DNA of 64,000 nt from a virus (lineage: Duplodnaviria > Caudoviricetes), in IMG/VR virus record IMGVR_UViG_3300009082_000959. One strand, given 5' to 3'. This document shows, in pieces, positions 17,085-28,168 of the stretch; within the stretch, counting starts at the first letter, position 1; every line of letters begins with the position of its first letter. Position numbers and translations under genes: made by a program. The notes beneath the pieces were generated by a model. It saw nothing but the letters and a program-made list of their open reading frames with translations, made no database searches and was not told the DNA's origin.

Positions 17085-19625
17085 ATGTCTGAACTTGACG
17101 AACTTAATGAACAAGTAGATGATGTAGGCCAGAAATTGGAAAACCCCCTTGAGTTAAAGATAAAAACTCCTGAGCCTGGTTTCTTGGATGGTTTACTAGA
17201 AAAACTTGAAATGGCCAAGAGTGGTCTTAAAAACATGTTTTATGGTTCAGAAGAAGCATCAAGAGGTGTGTCTAGTCTTTCTGGGTCTTTGTCGGCCAGT
17301 TTTGAGCCGATGGAAAAGACACTTACAAATGTTAAGAAAGAAGTGAAATTAATTAAAGAGCAGGTTCTGGAGGCCAAAAAGAGCATAGGTTCTGATAGCG
17401 ATGGTACTGCCTCTGGACTATCATCGCACCTGAAGCACATGATGGAATCTGCCAAGAAAATGGTAGGGCCGGGAACTGCAATCGCGGCCCAAACAACAAT
17501 GAAGTCTGGGTTTCAAAAAGTAGATGATACAACTGGTGTTTTTTCAAAAGTACAAAAGCCCGTTATGGATATTCAAAAAGCCGCTATGCAAATGCAACTG
17601 GCCATGGGTAAATCATTTGACTCGGCTATTAAAAATGTAGGCGCCTTTAGAAACGAATTTACCAACGCCATGGTTGATACTAAATCCACCATGGAAGACG
17701 TCACAAAGACACAGGCGGCCTTCAGAGACGTTTTTAGCGCCGATGATGCAGTGAGACGCCTTGTGTCTCTGGAAAAGGCTACAAAGGACGTCAGAGCGAG
17801 TACAACGCTAACCACGACAGCTCTTTTGGTGGGGGCCGCCAAGGGAGTTGATTCTGCAAAAATAGCAGAGATGATGTCAAAGGCGCACTTCGAGTTGGGA
17901 GCCACAGCAGAAGAAGCAGCCGAATCAATGGGAGATATAGCTCTTGCCTCAGAAAAGTCTGGTTTAAGTTTTAGTAAATCGGCTGGAGCAATTATGGATA
18001 ATGCCTCAAAGCTTGCCATGTGGGGTGGAACGATTAAAACCGTTGCTCCTCTTTTGCAGGCTTTTACTTCTGCTCTTGGAGACAACCGAAAAGGTCTAGC
18101 TCCAAAGTTGCTAGAGGAATATGTTGGCGGGTTGGAGCGAATGGGATTTGAAATGCGGGCGCTCACAGGGATATCCACTGGTGTTGGTGGAGGAAAGGGG
18201 GCAATTGGTGCTGGTTTAGAGATGGAAGCACTTTTAGATAAGGGTGCCGAAGGTATGGCCGAAGTTTCTCAAAGATTAATCGACACAATAAAACAATTTT
18301 CTGGTGGAGAAATTATTACACGAGAGCAAGCAATAGCGGACCCAGCATTAGAACAAAACTTTTTGATACAAAGAAAACTATTGCAACAAATGACAAATAG
18401 CAGCGATAGTAGTGCAACCAGAATGATAGGTATTCTTAAAAATATCGATGCGAACGGCCTTGATGTCGGTGATCCTAGCGATGCATTATCAGAATTACAA
18501 GAGACCATGGGGCAAGGCCAAAGAGTTAAAGACTCAACTACCGATAGTTTGACTGCACAGGTTATTAATTTAAATGCCACACAAATAGAATCTGGAGAAA
18601 AAATAGTTGCAGAGTTAAGCACGTTGGTATCATTGGGGCAAGAAATGGTTAGTGCCGGTTTGTATGCCTCCGAAAGAATGGCTAAAACAGGAACCATTAC
18701 AACACAGGATATAAGAACCACTGGAAAACTTGCTGGTGCAGAAAAATTAACCGATAAACTAGTTGATGCAGTAACAAAGTCGCTTGGAATTGGCGAAGCT
18801 GGTGGCAAAAGAGAGGAAGTCAAGACAAGACTAGAGGTCGAAACCGGTATAAAGGCAGGAAGAGAGAACTCAAGAGACATTACCAATGTTGCAGTAAGAG
18901 AGTTGCTAGTAAAGAGCGAAAAACCTAATAATTTGAGCGACGAACAGAAACAAAGACTAGAAAGCACTGGAGAAATCCCCGTCAAAGAATTTGCCGAACC
19001 AATATTAAAAAAAGCCATAATGGAACTTAGTAAGTCAATTACAGAGGTTGGTGGCGGCCAGGCTAGAGAAAAACTAAGCAACATGAAAAAGGCAGAAATT
19101 GCGGTAATGGAAGAACGAATGGCTAGCTTAACCGACCTACTGAAACAGGAATATATTTTACCAGAACAACTCGGTATAAAAAAGCAGAAGCAACCGTTAC
19201 CAAAAGAACTAAACACTACACCAGTTAATACAGAACAATCTAGGGCAAACACACTGCCACCAAAAGAACCAAAAACACCTGAACCTACCAATACACCGTC
19301 AGCGGCAGCAGCAGCACAACTAATTAACAGCCAGCAGCCCACTACAGCAAGAGGCACAGTTGAATCTGGTGGAGCATTGACGGCACCACGAACAACTACT
19401 GCTGATGTGCGAGCCGTTCAGGCGTCTGTGTCTGGTAACAAGTCTACTACATCTGAAAAAATTACACAGGATATAGTATTGAATGCTAAAATAAATCCGG
19501 TTGGTGATGGTATTTTTAAGTTTGAATTAAGTCCAGAGAAATTAGATGCAACACTTAAAAACAGCGAAGAGTTGAAAAGGGTTGTTGGCGCCGAAGTAAG
19601 AAGAGAGAAACTGAAAAACGACTAA
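17085..19625 (+). CDS. Tape measure protein
   Basis: 846 aa, Ala/Gly/Leu/Lys-rich and helical, after the chaperone pair; Pro/Thr/Ala-rich low-complexity stretch near the C-terminus. Confidence 0.8.
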   Translation: MSELDELNEQVDDVGQKLENPLELKIKTPEPGFLDGLLEKLEMAKSGLKNMFYGSEEASRGVSSLSGSLSASFEPMEKTLTNVKKEVKLIKEQVLEAKKSIGSDSDGTASGLSSHLKHMMESAKKMVGPGTAIAAQTTMKSGFQKVDDTTGVFSKVQKPVMDIQKAAMQMQLAMGKSFDSAIKNVGAFRNEFTNAMVDTKSTMEDVTKTQAAFRDVFSADDAVRRLVSLEKATKDVRASTTLTTTALLVGAAKGVDSAKIAEMMSKAHFELGATAEEAAESMGDIALASEKSGLSFSKSAGAIMDNASKLAMWGGTIKTVAPLLQAFTSALGDNRKGLAPKLLEEYVGGLERMGFEMRALTGISTGVGGGKGAIGAGLEMEALLDKGAEGMAEVSQRLIDTIKQFSGGEIITREQAIADPALEQNFLIQRKLLQQMTNSSDSSATRMIGILKNIDANGLDVGDPSDALSELQETMGQGQRVKDSTTDSLTAQVINLNATQIESGEKIVAELSTLVSLGQEMVSAGLYASERMAKTGTITTQDIRTTGKLAGAEKLTDKLVDAVTKSLGIGEAGGKREEVKTRLEVETGIKAGRENSRDITNVAVRELLVKSEKPNNLSDEQKQRLESTGEIPVKEFAEPILKKAIMELSKSITEVGGGQAREKLSNMKKAEIAVMEERMASLTDLLKQEYILPEQLGIKKQKQPLPKELNTTPVNTEQSRANTLPPKEPKTPEPTNTPSAAAAAQLINSQQPTTARGTVESGGALTAPRTTTADVRAVQASVSGNKSTTSEKITQDIVLNAKINPVGDGIFKFELSPEKLDATLKNSEELKRVVGAEVRREKLKND

Positions 19626-19646
19626 ACATGGTAATTTGGAGCCCTT

Positions 19647-20561
19647 ATGGCAATTGAACAGGACATAAAGGATTTTGGAGAAAATATTGGTCATTTTGCA
19701 AGTGACAATGAGGATGCACTTGGGCAATTGCGTCAGATGCTCGACACTCCGCCTAACACACGGCTTGGCCATGGAATAACCAATAGAAATCAGCAGGTAA
19801 TGACTTGGCGCCTTCCAAATGGCAGCACGGTCCAAATGTATATTAACCCAGAAAGTTTTGTTGTGGCGGAAAGCAAACAAATACAAGCAACCAGAACAAA
19901 GGGTGGTTTTGTAGTTCAGTACTGGGGAGATAATCTTACAAAACTAACATTAAGTGGGACCACGGGATCGTCTGGTGTTCGTGGAATTCAAGTATTAAGA
20001 GATGTATATCGCGCGGAAAATAATGCTTTTGAGATTATCGCTGCTGGGCAACAAAATGACATAATAAATATGGTCACTGAGTCACAAGAACTATCTAATG
20101 CGGATTTAGCAACAGTATTTTATGGTTTAGCGCAACAAAATAGGGAAGGTAATTTCATTCTACGCCCGTCATTGGCTGCACTTGCTTTAAGTGTTTCTTT
20201 ATTTTATCAAGGCGTTCAGTATCGTGGTTTTTTTAATGATATATCTGTCACGGAAAGTATTGACAAACTGGGACTATTTAACTATAGTATTAATTTTACG
20301 GCAACAGAAACAAGAGGCAGCAGGAAAAACTTTATGGCATGGCACAAGGAACCTTTAAGTTCGGATATTGCTGGCCAACTAATATCTGGAACAATTAATG
20401 CTGTTGGCAATACTTTGCGTGGTTTATTTGGCCTTCCAAATCAAGCACAAAACCCAACACAGTTCCATCCTGAAAATGCTCCACTTTCTTTTGGTGGTTC
20501 AACTTCATTAAGTGCTTCTTTGGGAATAACACAGGGCAGTGGAAACATTGCTCCAAGGTAA
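19647..20561 (+). CDS. Putative baseplate centrepiece / tail-tube initiator
   Basis: MYINPESF...TKGGFVVQYWG...LTLSGTTG resembles tube-fold initiator proteins; follows the tape measure gene. Confidence 0.55.
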   Translation: MAIEQDIKDFGENIGHFASDNEDALGQLRQMLDTPPNTRLGHGITNRNQQVMTWRLPNGSTVQMYINPESFVVAESKQIQATRTKGGFVVQYWGDNLTKLTLSGTTGSSGVRGIQVLRDVYRAENNAFEIIAAGQQNDIINMVTESQELSNADLATVFYGLAQQNREGNFILRPSLAALALSVSLFYQGVQYRGFFNDISVTESIDKLGLFNYSINFTATETRGSRKNFMAWHKEPLSSDIAGQLISGTINAVGNTLRGLFGLPNQAQNPTQFHPENAPLSFGGSTSLSASLGITQGSGNIAPR

Positions 20562-20566
20562 ATAAA

Positions 20567-21487
20567 ATGAAGGTTTGTACTAAATGCAAAGAAGAAAAAG
20601 ATGAATCAATGTTTGGTAAAAACAAAACAAACAAAGACGGCCTAAACTGTTGGTGCAAAGTTTGTACAAAACAACACAGAGAAGTAAATAGGGAAAAAAT
20701 AGCAGAGTACAAAAAACAATACAGCGAAAATAACAAAGAAAAAATTGCAGCACACAAAAAACTATATTACGAGAACAACAAGGAAAAAATTGCAGAGCGA
20801 GGAAAACAATATCGTGAAGAAAATAAAGACACTATTTCAGAAAAGAAAAAGAAATATCAAAAAGAAAACAATGAAAAAATAAAAGAATACTCGAAGAAAT
20901 ATTACAAAAACAATAGGGATTCAATTTTAGAATGTCGTAAACAATATCGCAAGGATAATAAAGAACAAATACGCGAGTACAAAAAAGAGTATCGCAGAAA
21001 TCACAAGAAGAGCATTTTATTAAGAGACAGGAACTATCGCGACAGCCACAAAAAAGAGGCAGTAATATACCAAAAGCAATATCGTGCATCAAACAAGCAA
21101 CATGCCAAAGAGTATCAAGAAAAATATCACAAGCTTAATGGCAAAAAGATCGCAACATACTGTAGAGAACGACGGTTAAGCGACACCTCCTTTAAGATTT
21201 GTTGCAACCTGAGATCTAGATTGAATACGGCATTAAAACAAAACTATAAATCTGGGTCTGCAGTTAGAGACTTGGGATGCTCTATTGGAGAACTAAAACT
21301 GTACCTTTCTTCTAAATTTCAACCAGGAATGACCTGGGAAAACTATGGTAAGTGGCATATAGATCACATCTTACCGCTTTCTAAATTTGATTTAACAGAT
21401 AGAAATCAACTTCTTAAAGCCTGTCATTACACAAACCTACAACCGCTGTGGGCCAAAGACAATTTAAAGAAGGGAAATAGGACATAA
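20567..21487 (+). CDS. HNH (beta-beta-alpha-metal) homing-type endonuclease with N-terminal Zn ribbon and 15-aa repeats
   Basis: CxxC...CxxC N-terminus; C-terminal WHIDHILPL...NLQPLWAKDNLKKG; paralog at 28205-29008. Confidence 0.85.
   Translation: MKVCTKCKEEKDESMFGKNKTNKDGLNCWCKVCTKQHREVNREKIAEYKKQYSENNKEKIAAHKKLYYENNKEKIAERGKQYREENKDTISEKKKKYQKENNEKIKEYSKKYYKNNRDSILECRKQYRKDNKEQIREYKKEYRRNHKKSILLRDRNYRDSHKKEAVIYQKQYRASNKQHAKEYQEKYHKLNGKKIATYCRERRLSDTSFKICCNLRSRLNTALKQNYKSGSAVRDLGCSIGELKLYLSSKFQPGMTWENYGKWHIDHILPLSKFDLTDRNQLLKACHYTNLQPLWAKDNLKKGNRT
20675..21169 (+). repeat. 11 tandem 15-aa (45-nt) coding repeats, consensus about Y.E.NKEKI.E..K.
   Basis: Repeats read directly from the translation, aa 37-201. 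Confidence 0.85.
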
Positions 21488-21508
21488 TAACCGACTTCAA
21501 AGGAACAC

Positions 21509-24500
21509 ATGGCGATTATTTTTAGTAGTGGATCTGGCGCTGGCAATAATTCTGGTATTTTAGAATCCGCTTATGATGGGTTTGTAAAAGAAGCAAAAAA
21601 CCAAATGGATAGTATATTTGGTTTTGTATCAAATGCAATTAGTGGAATAAATCCGGCTCCGCCAGTAGAAAGTGTTTTTGTTGACTCTGGATTCACAAAT
21701 GTTCCAGGAACAGCATTTAATGGCTCTAATATAGATAATTTAGATGATGTGCAAACCAGGAGAATTACCTCACAGGAACCGCAACTTACGGCGTACATTA
21801 GAAAACGCGCGTTCGGTGGTTTGTCCGACGAGAATGATAGCAGATTTATGGATTCCGGCGAAAAATTATATCTTCGTGCCACCAAGATATTATTCGAAAA
21901 AAAGTGTAATCAAATTGGGTCTTACGAAGCACTGACCAAGGCTTCAAGACTGGTGTCCGATGATGCGCAACTAGATGCTGATAGAGTTCACCAGATAATA
22001 GAGCTAGCAGAAGCTTGGAAAAAATCTACACTAAAAAACCTAGATGATCGTACATTTGCCGTACAACAAACTAGCCTCGATCAGGAAGCTATTGAAGATT
22101 TAGTAAAGCAGTATGGCGAGCTTAGGCGCGGAATTGAAGCATCTGTTGGGAAAATAGAAGAATTGCGTGAGCACCTTTACAAGAAACAGGCCAAATTACG
22201 CACCGCCACTAGTACAACATGGGTAATAGACCCAGACCAAAAAGATATATTTGGAATAGGTAGAGGAGCCGGTGTAATAGAGCTAACACTGATAAGTGAT
22301 GTATCTACCGATCTCGGAATAGAAAATGACGATGGTAGTTTTACGCTCTCAATAGAAGATCCATATAATTTAACAAAAATAACGAGCGATGATATTGAAG
22401 TTTCTCTGGCAGCAGCCTATGGTGAACAAAACAGTACATCAATCGGACAAAATACATTACTGCTTGGCCCATCAACCATATTGGATTTGGCCAAAGAAAA
22501 AGAACAACGCCTTCGTAGTATTAGGGCAAATAGAGTCGCCTCAACATTCGGTTTTCCACTGTCCGCGGTTGGTAATTCTGCTGACGCTGAAATTATTTTC
22601 GAAATTAATGTATCTTCTCGCGCTGCTGATAAAGTTGTTGCTCATACCACTAGCATTGGAACAACATCTTTTAATAGAAGTAATTTTACTGTAGCTCTTT
22701 CTCAATTGCCAGCAGAACAACAGCTGACTATTACTGAGTATCAACTAGTAGATGTGATATTTAGTTTGTTGGACCAGTATGTTAGTGCCGTTTTAAGGCT
22801 CAATAAAGAAATACTAGATACCAACGGTAAAGAAGATGTAAAGTATGCAAGAAGGCAATTGCGCACACATTATCTTGGAAAAAACATTGTCCAACCAATG
22901 GATAGTGTAAATATCTACATAAGGGGCAATACAACAAAACCAAACCAAGTCGTTGGGCCGCTCAGCTCTGTTTTAAATAGCTCTAAATTTGTTCAAGACT
23001 ACTCAAAAGACCCAGATGCATCTGATGCCATTATGCGGGATGAAATGGTTCAGTTTGGAATAGATAAACTAATTTCACTTGATATTTATAAGGCTATCAG
23101 AACCGGTAGCTTTATGAGAAACGCAGGAACTCATGTTTTCGGGGGAGTTGTTTCTTCGGCAACAGAATTCTATAATGCCAGTAATGGGTCATACAAACTA
23201 AATATAAGTGGCCAAAGTAATTTGAAATGGCTAAACCTGTCTCGCGTAAATACCAAACCAAGTTTGAATCAACCAAAAGGTGTTTTGGAGGACCCACTAA
23301 CACCCTTCAAGTTTGAAACAGACTCCTCGACCGGTCTTATAAAAAAGGGGTCAGTGTTTTTGGATGAAACAAATGAAAGGATTAAGGAAAAACTCTTATT
23401 GGATAAATTTGGGCTTTATAGAGGACAAACATCAACGCATGAGTCTCTAGCGCAAGACTATGAAACATTTGCCAATGATACAAAAATAATCTACAAGCAT
23501 TGCCCGGGAATGGTTTATAAGTGGAAATCTGGTGTCATGGTTGCAACGCTTGATGCCAATTTGGGGACATCTTTGCAGGGTACGGAAAACGATATGGCCT
23601 ACCTTAAGAGATTTGTTGGCGTAAATGTTGTTGAAACTCCTTTTGCTGGTCAGGATGCGGCAGACACAGTAAGTCTGTTAATTACTGGGTTTCCTTATAG
23701 TGCTCAAAGATTTTATGATAATGCCAAAAATGTAGGGACTTTTAGTGAAGCAGGAAGCAATGCTTCACCTAGCTACTTTCATTCATTTTTTGATATTACC
23801 CGAAGCACCAACAAAACACTTGGAAACTTTCGACCATTTCGTGCCGTTGAGATGTCTGGACAATCACTGGTCACTCGCGCAGCAAAACTTAAATTACAAA
23901 ACAATATTCGTGGTGGATATTCTTTGATTGAAAATCTTAGGTCGCAGTTGGCCCAGGCGTATGATAAATTAAACTCAGTATATTGCAGGCCAGCAATTCT
24001 TGGTCCAGTTCAATCAGATGATCCGGATGAAAGAGACAGGCAGATGGTCGTTTCTGGATTTGAAACAATAATACGAAATCTTAGGGACCAAATAGCAAAA
24101 GAAGAGGCTTCACTTATATCGGCAGAAAATGAAGCAAAGAAAAGCAACATAAAACTTAGTGCCAGTGATATTATATTGGGTTTAGATAGACTATCAAGCG
24201 GTGATGAAGGTGAGGCTTATGCTGAATTCAATAAAAAAATAATGACACAAAATAGGCTGCAAAGATTTAGACCACAGTTTAATTGTAAATTTAATCTCGA
24301 CCAAAATCTATTGATAATATCTGACAAATACGATAATGACCTGGACATACAATCATTTGTACGCCGGTTAACACAACAACAAAATATTTTTGAGAGTGAA
24401 TACAAGACACCAATAGAGATTTGCAGGGAAGTAGCAAAGACAATTGATTTTGAGTTATTTGCAGATTCTCAGGGTCACATTCAGTTTAGGCCGCCGCAAT

Positions 24501-26215
24501 ATAATAGAATACCGCTCTCGTTGCTGCTTAAGTTATTTGTTTTGAATAGAAACAACAACACGCAATTATATCCAGACTTCATAACTGAAATGTTTAAGTC
24601 TCGATTAAGCACCACAAAAGATGATGAAGAAGTTTTAGAATGGCAAATTCAGATTGAGTCATTATCTTTGGGCAGAACCTATAAGCAGGACGCGGCGCTT
24701 GTTTCGGAAGTGATAAGTGGTCTTACCGAAGAAGAACTTGTTTCCGGACAGTATCTGAAAACCAATTCCAGCACAATCAACAAAATCCTATTGTCTGGAA
24801 TTTCCCAGCTTATAGTTGGTTTGCGCAACAGGATAGAAGCAAAAACAGGAAGAACATCGAATCTGCAGGACATAGAGTACACTAAAAATTATGTTTACGA
24901 ACTAAACAATCCTCAAAACCTACAAGTAAATTCCATGAGACTTAAGGTTGCCGATAGACTTAGGGCCCTTGTTGGAAAATTAGAACAAACAAAAGCATTA
25001 CGATCCAAACTTGAAGCGCAAGAACCAATATACACGAAGGGGATTGGTAATTTTTCTCGCGAAACATTTGATGAAATGATAGCCCCCTTTCAAGACCTAA
25101 TACAGGATGATTACTATGATGTGCTGGGGCCTGGTTCGGCTAAACGATTTATAATATATGACGATCAAATTATTAGTTCTTCTTTTACGGAGTCTGATGC
25201 AAATGCATTTTGCAGAGTCGATGTATATGGGGAAATAGATTTTATTGGTGACAACAAAGGAAATATCGCTCCCGGTATTCCGTCTCTCTGGGCTGGAGCA
25301 ACAGACTTTGATATGTGGAGACAGTATGGTTATAGGGCACTCGCAACAACCAGTAAACCTTTTCTAAAAAATGCAGCCGAACAGTGTGCGCCCTACGCTC
25401 TCTTTCTGCTTTCTAAGGCCAGAAGAGACATAGTAAAGGGAAGAGTTACAGTGTATGGTAATGAGTATTATCAAATAGGTGATGTAGTATATTTAAATTC
25501 CCGTGATTTGTTGTTTTATGTCACTAGCGTTAGACATCAGTTTTCTTACGAGAATGCTAGTTTTACTACAGAACTTGAACTTAGATACGGCCACGCTTTG
25601 GGAGAATATATACCAACACCACTTGATGTTATTGGAAAGACACTTATACGTAATCAGGTAGAGTTTAATGATATTCTTATTTCGCGTGAAACAGTAGACC
25701 CAGTTTCTGGCATTCATATTGGTATGGTTATTTTTGGGAATGCGGAATCAGAGGATGAGTTTAGAACTATGTTGTCTGACCCATACTCAAAATTTAATAT
25801 ATCTGAATTACAAAGATCTATTTTGTTGGCCAAAAATTATGTAAATAAGGAAGGATTTCCAAAGGTTGAAGTGAGAGGCTGGGTGACAAGCGATAACGAC
25901 AAACCAATAGTTCAGAAAAGAATGGATAGTGTGATAAAATGGCTTAAATCTCCGCGTGGTTCCGCTGTGGTTGGAAGCACAAGCGACTACACCAAATTAG
26001 AAGAACAATATGAACAAGCAAAAATGGAAAATGAAAACATACATAACGAAGTTTTAAAGGGAAAGACAAACGAAATAACTCCCGTAAACCTTTTGTCTGC
26101 ACCTCTAAGTGGTGATAACCTAAAATATTCAAGAATTCCAAGTGACGAAGTATATAATGCTTCAGATAGAGCAGATCCAACTAATATAATAGAACTTGTT
26201 TTGATTCTGGGGTAA
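21509..26215 (+). CDS. Baseplate hub protein (gp27/gpD-like), greatly enlarged
   Basis: 1568 aa. Contains FELFADSQGHIQFRPP and KGRVTVYGNEYYQIGDVVYL...YVTSVRHQFS...FTTELEL, typical hub barrel motifs; lies just before the spike. Confidence 0.75.
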   Translation: MAIIFSSGSGAGNNSGILESAYDGFVKEAKNQMDSIFGFVSNAISGINPAPPVESVFVDSGFTNVPGTAFNGSNIDNLDDVQTRRITSQEPQLTAYIRKRAFGGLSDENDSRFMDSGEKLYLRATKILFEKKCNQIGSYEALTKASRLVSDDAQLDADRVHQIIELAEAWKKSTLKNLDDRTFAVQQTSLDQEAIEDLVKQYGELRRGIEASVGKIEELREHLYKKQAKLRTATSTTWVIDPDQKDIFGIGRGAGVIELTLISDVSTDLGIENDDGSFTLSIEDPYNLTKITSDDIEVSLAAAYGEQNSTSIGQNTLLLGPSTILDLAKEKEQRLRSIRANRVASTFGFPLSAVGNSADAEIIFEINVSSRAADKVVAHTTSIGTTSFNRSNFTVALSQLPAEQQLTITEYQLVDVIFSLLDQYVSAVLRLNKEILDTNGKEDVKYARRQLRTHYLGKNIVQPMDSVNIYIRGNTTKPNQVVGPLSSVLNSSKFVQDYSKDPDASDAIMRDEMVQFGIDKLISLDIYKAIRTGSFMRNAGTHVFGGVVSSATEFYNASNGSYKLNISGQSNLKWLNLSRVNTKPSLNQPKGVLEDPLTPFKFETDSSTGLIKKGSVFLDETNERIKEKLLLDKFGLYRGQTSTHESLAQDYETFANDTKIIYKHCPGMVYKWKSGVMVATLDANLGTSLQGTENDMAYLKRFVGVNVVETPFAGQDAADTVSLLITGFPYSAQRFYDNAKNVGTFSEAGSNASPSYFHSFFDITRSTNKTLGNFRPFRAVEMSGQSLVTRAAKLKLQNNIRGGYSLIENLRSQLAQAYDKLNSVYCRPAILGPVQSDDPDERDRQMVVSGFETIIRNLRDQIAKEEASLISAENEAKKSNIKLSASDIILGLDRLSSGDEGEAYAEFNKKIMTQNRLQRFRPQFNCKFNLDQNLLIISDKYDNDLDIQSFVRRLTQQQNIFESEYKTPIEICREVAKTIDFELFADSQGHIQFRPPQYNRIPLSLLLKLFVLNRNNNTQLYPDFITEMFKSRLSTTKDDEEVLEWQIQIESLSLGRTYKQDAALVSEVISGLTEEELVSGQYLKTNSSTINKILLSGISQLIVGLRNRIEAKTGRTSNLQDIEYTKNYVYELNNPQNLQVNSMRLKVADRLRALVGKLEQTKALRSKLEAQEPIYTKGIGNFSRETFDEMIAPFQDLIQDDYYDVLGPGSAKRFIIYDDQIISSSFTESDANAFCRVDVYGEIDFIGDNKGNIAPGIPSLWAGATDFDMWRQYGYRALATTSKPFLKNAAEQCAPYALFLLSKARRDIVKGRVTVYGNEYYQIGDVVYLNSRDLLFYVTSVRHQFSYENASFTTELELRYGHALGEYIPTPLDVIGKTLIRNQVEFNDILISRETVDPVSGIHIGMVIFGNAESEDEFRTMLSDPYSKFNISELQRSILLAKNYVNKEGFPKVEVRGWVTSDNDKPIVQKRMDSVIKWLKSPRGSAVVGSTSDYTKLEEQYEQAKMENENIHNEVLKGKTNEITPVNLLSAPLSGDNLKYSRIPSDEVYNASDRADPTNIIELVLILG

Positions 26216-26218
26216 TCT

Positions 26219-28168
26219 ATGGCAGAGCCGCGAGTAATAAGAACAATACGATTGGCCGTAATACGCGATGTTAGAAAAACATTTGTTGAGTGTATGTATC
26301 TTGGCGATACTGTCGAAAAAACATTTAAGTGTCCAATACCACACCCATATGCCGGCGCTGGTGGCGGCATACTAATAGGGCCGGAAGTTAATTCTGTTGT
26401 AATAATAGCAACTGGACCAAGTGAGCAAAAATATATTATTGCTTCTGTTCCTCTGAGAAAATGCTATTTCAAAGATGGCGTTTCCTCAGATATGCCCTAT
26501 AACGCAACTCAGTTTCCAGACCTACAAGAAGGACAGATAATACTTAAGTCATCTGGGTCTGGATCAAATATAAATCTCACACCCGATGGCAATATAAAAT
26601 TAAGCGCAAGTCTCGGCGTTAGTGGGTCCAGTGTGGAGCTATCTCCCTATTCAAAAACCACTTTTTTTAGGTCTGAAAATATCTGTAGTTTTACTGAGGC
26701 TGGAAGAAAAATAGACGGCATAGTAAAAAGAGATAAGAACAAACAAGAAAATACATTCGATACAAATACAGCTAATTTCTTAAACGGCGATGATTATGAG
26801 GCACTATTAACAAAAATAGGACGATCTCCGCAAAACGAGGTTCAATTACGAACGAACAAAATAAGCAGAGACACCATAAGAAATCCTCCATTAGTAGAGA
26901 AGAGAAGCATAGTATATGAGTATGCTGATAGTTTTAATGTCAGATATTTATCTGGCGAAATCAGTTCTATGGCAAAACCAAATCAAGACGGCGGCGTTGA
27001 CAATTTGCTATCCCCGCACGGAAGCAGACAATCCAGGCGAACTGATGTTCTAAACCTAAATATGCTTAATTTCAATCATTTAATAGAGAAGGTTGAAGGA
27101 ACACTTGTTGATATTTATGGAAATATATTAGATATAAATAGAAATGTCATAAAAATACCTGATACTTCCACGCTAAATACGAATACCAATATTTCTGAAT
27201 CCCTACAAACACTTTATAAGACGCTTCGTAGATCTGTCAAATATCATCTAGAAATTAACTCAAGAAAAGAACTTTCTGGTAGCGATGAATCAAGCAAAGA
27301 TAGTGCATCTAACCATGCAGAACATAGTAGGTGGAGTTTCGATGTTGATGGAGAAGGTCTAACAAAAATAAATATTCCTGCTTCGTCAAATACTGGTAAT
27401 ATTCCAATATTAAGTAGATATCTTACGTCTATCCCGGACGTGACTGAATCAGACAAAAAGGGTGATGGTAGTTTTAGAGACGGCAATGGTATAGATATAA
27501 AACTTATGCCGTTTGGTGAGTCTGGCCCCAGCATATCAACCACGGACTCATTTAATTTAGCTGAAGGAGCACAACTAGAAGGTGCCGGAACTGCACACCA
27601 CAACATGATGGAAACTGCACAGCTAATTAAAGATTCTGGTTGGCACGGAACAAAAGATAGAATGGTTTCAGCCATTAATAACAAAATTGGAGACTTTGAT
27701 GCAAATGCTGGTGGACGCAGTTTACACGCAAACCTTGATGGAAGTGCAGAAATATCTATAGGAGCAGATGTTGCTGATTCTAAATCACTTTTATTGGATT
27801 TAAAGGGCGGAATTATATCTCACTATGGAAAGGATTTATCTGGAGTAAGCGTAATGCACCAATCTGATGGTGCCGTTATAATACAGATAGGTGAATCTAG
27901 TAGTCCCGGCAAATTAGAAATACATGTAGCGGGAATGAGCAATACGCAAAAAATAATCATAGATGAAAGAGGAATGACGCTAGATATTCAAGGAAATACA
28001 GTTTTTAAATCAAGCGGTGATATGTCTATTATGTCTGATACTCGCCTACTAATGAATGGTAAGATGAACTTTCATCATGGCTCTTGCGACACAGAAGTTG
28101 GAGGAACTAGGGCTATACAGGGAACAGAATCACTATGGATTAGAACTGGGATACCAAATACCTGGTAA
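26219..28168 (+). CDS. Central spike protein (gp5/gpV/VgrG-like)
   Basis: N-terminal OB-fold-like PHPYAGAGGGILIGPEVNSVVIIA; C-terminal short beta-repeat region; follows the hub. Confidence 0.7.
   Translation: MAEPRVIRTIRLAVIRDVRKTFVECMYLGDTVEKTFKCPIPHPYAGAGGGILIGPEVNSVVIIATGPSEQKYIIASVPLRKCYFKDGVSSDMPYNATQFPDLQEGQIILKSSGSGSNINLTPDGNIKLSASLGVSGSSVELSPYSKTTFFRSENICSFTEAGRKIDGIVKRDKNKQENTFDTNTANFLNGDDYEALLTKIGRSPQNEVQLRTNKISRDTIRNPPLVEKRSIVYEYADSFNVRYLSGEISSMAKPNQDGGVDNLLSPHGSRQSRRTDVLNLNMLNFNHLIEKVEGTLVDIYGNILDINRNVIKIPDTSTLNTNTNISESLQTLYKTLRRSVKYHLEINSRKELSGSDESSKDSASNHAEHSRWSFDVDGEGLTKINIPASSNTGNIPILSRYLTSIPDVTESDKKGDGSFRDGNGIDIKLMPFGESGPSISTTDSFNLAEGAQLEGAGTAHHNMMETAQLIKDSGWHGTKDRMVSAINNKIGDFDANAGGRSLHANLDGSAEISIGADVADSKSLLLDLKGGIISHYGKDLSGVSVMHQSDGAVIIQIGESSSPGKLEIHVAGMSNTQKIIIDERGMTLDIQGNTVFKSSGDMSIMSDTRLLMNGKMNFHHGSCDTEVGGTRAIQGTESLWIRTGIPNTW

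Noticed and set aside
18269-19357. 362-aa minus-strand ORF
   Set aside because: Lies wholly antisense to the tape measure gene; its Ser/Leu/Phe-rich composition mirrors the sense codons; no recognisable motif. The many shorter minus-strand and nested ORFs in the track are rejected for the same reason.
26219-28168. Lysozyme domain or HxH iron-binding tip in the spike; a PAAR gene
   Set aside because: No lysozyme catalytic motif was recognised, only HH dipeptides rather than HxH near the C-terminus, and no PAAR-like ORF is nearby.
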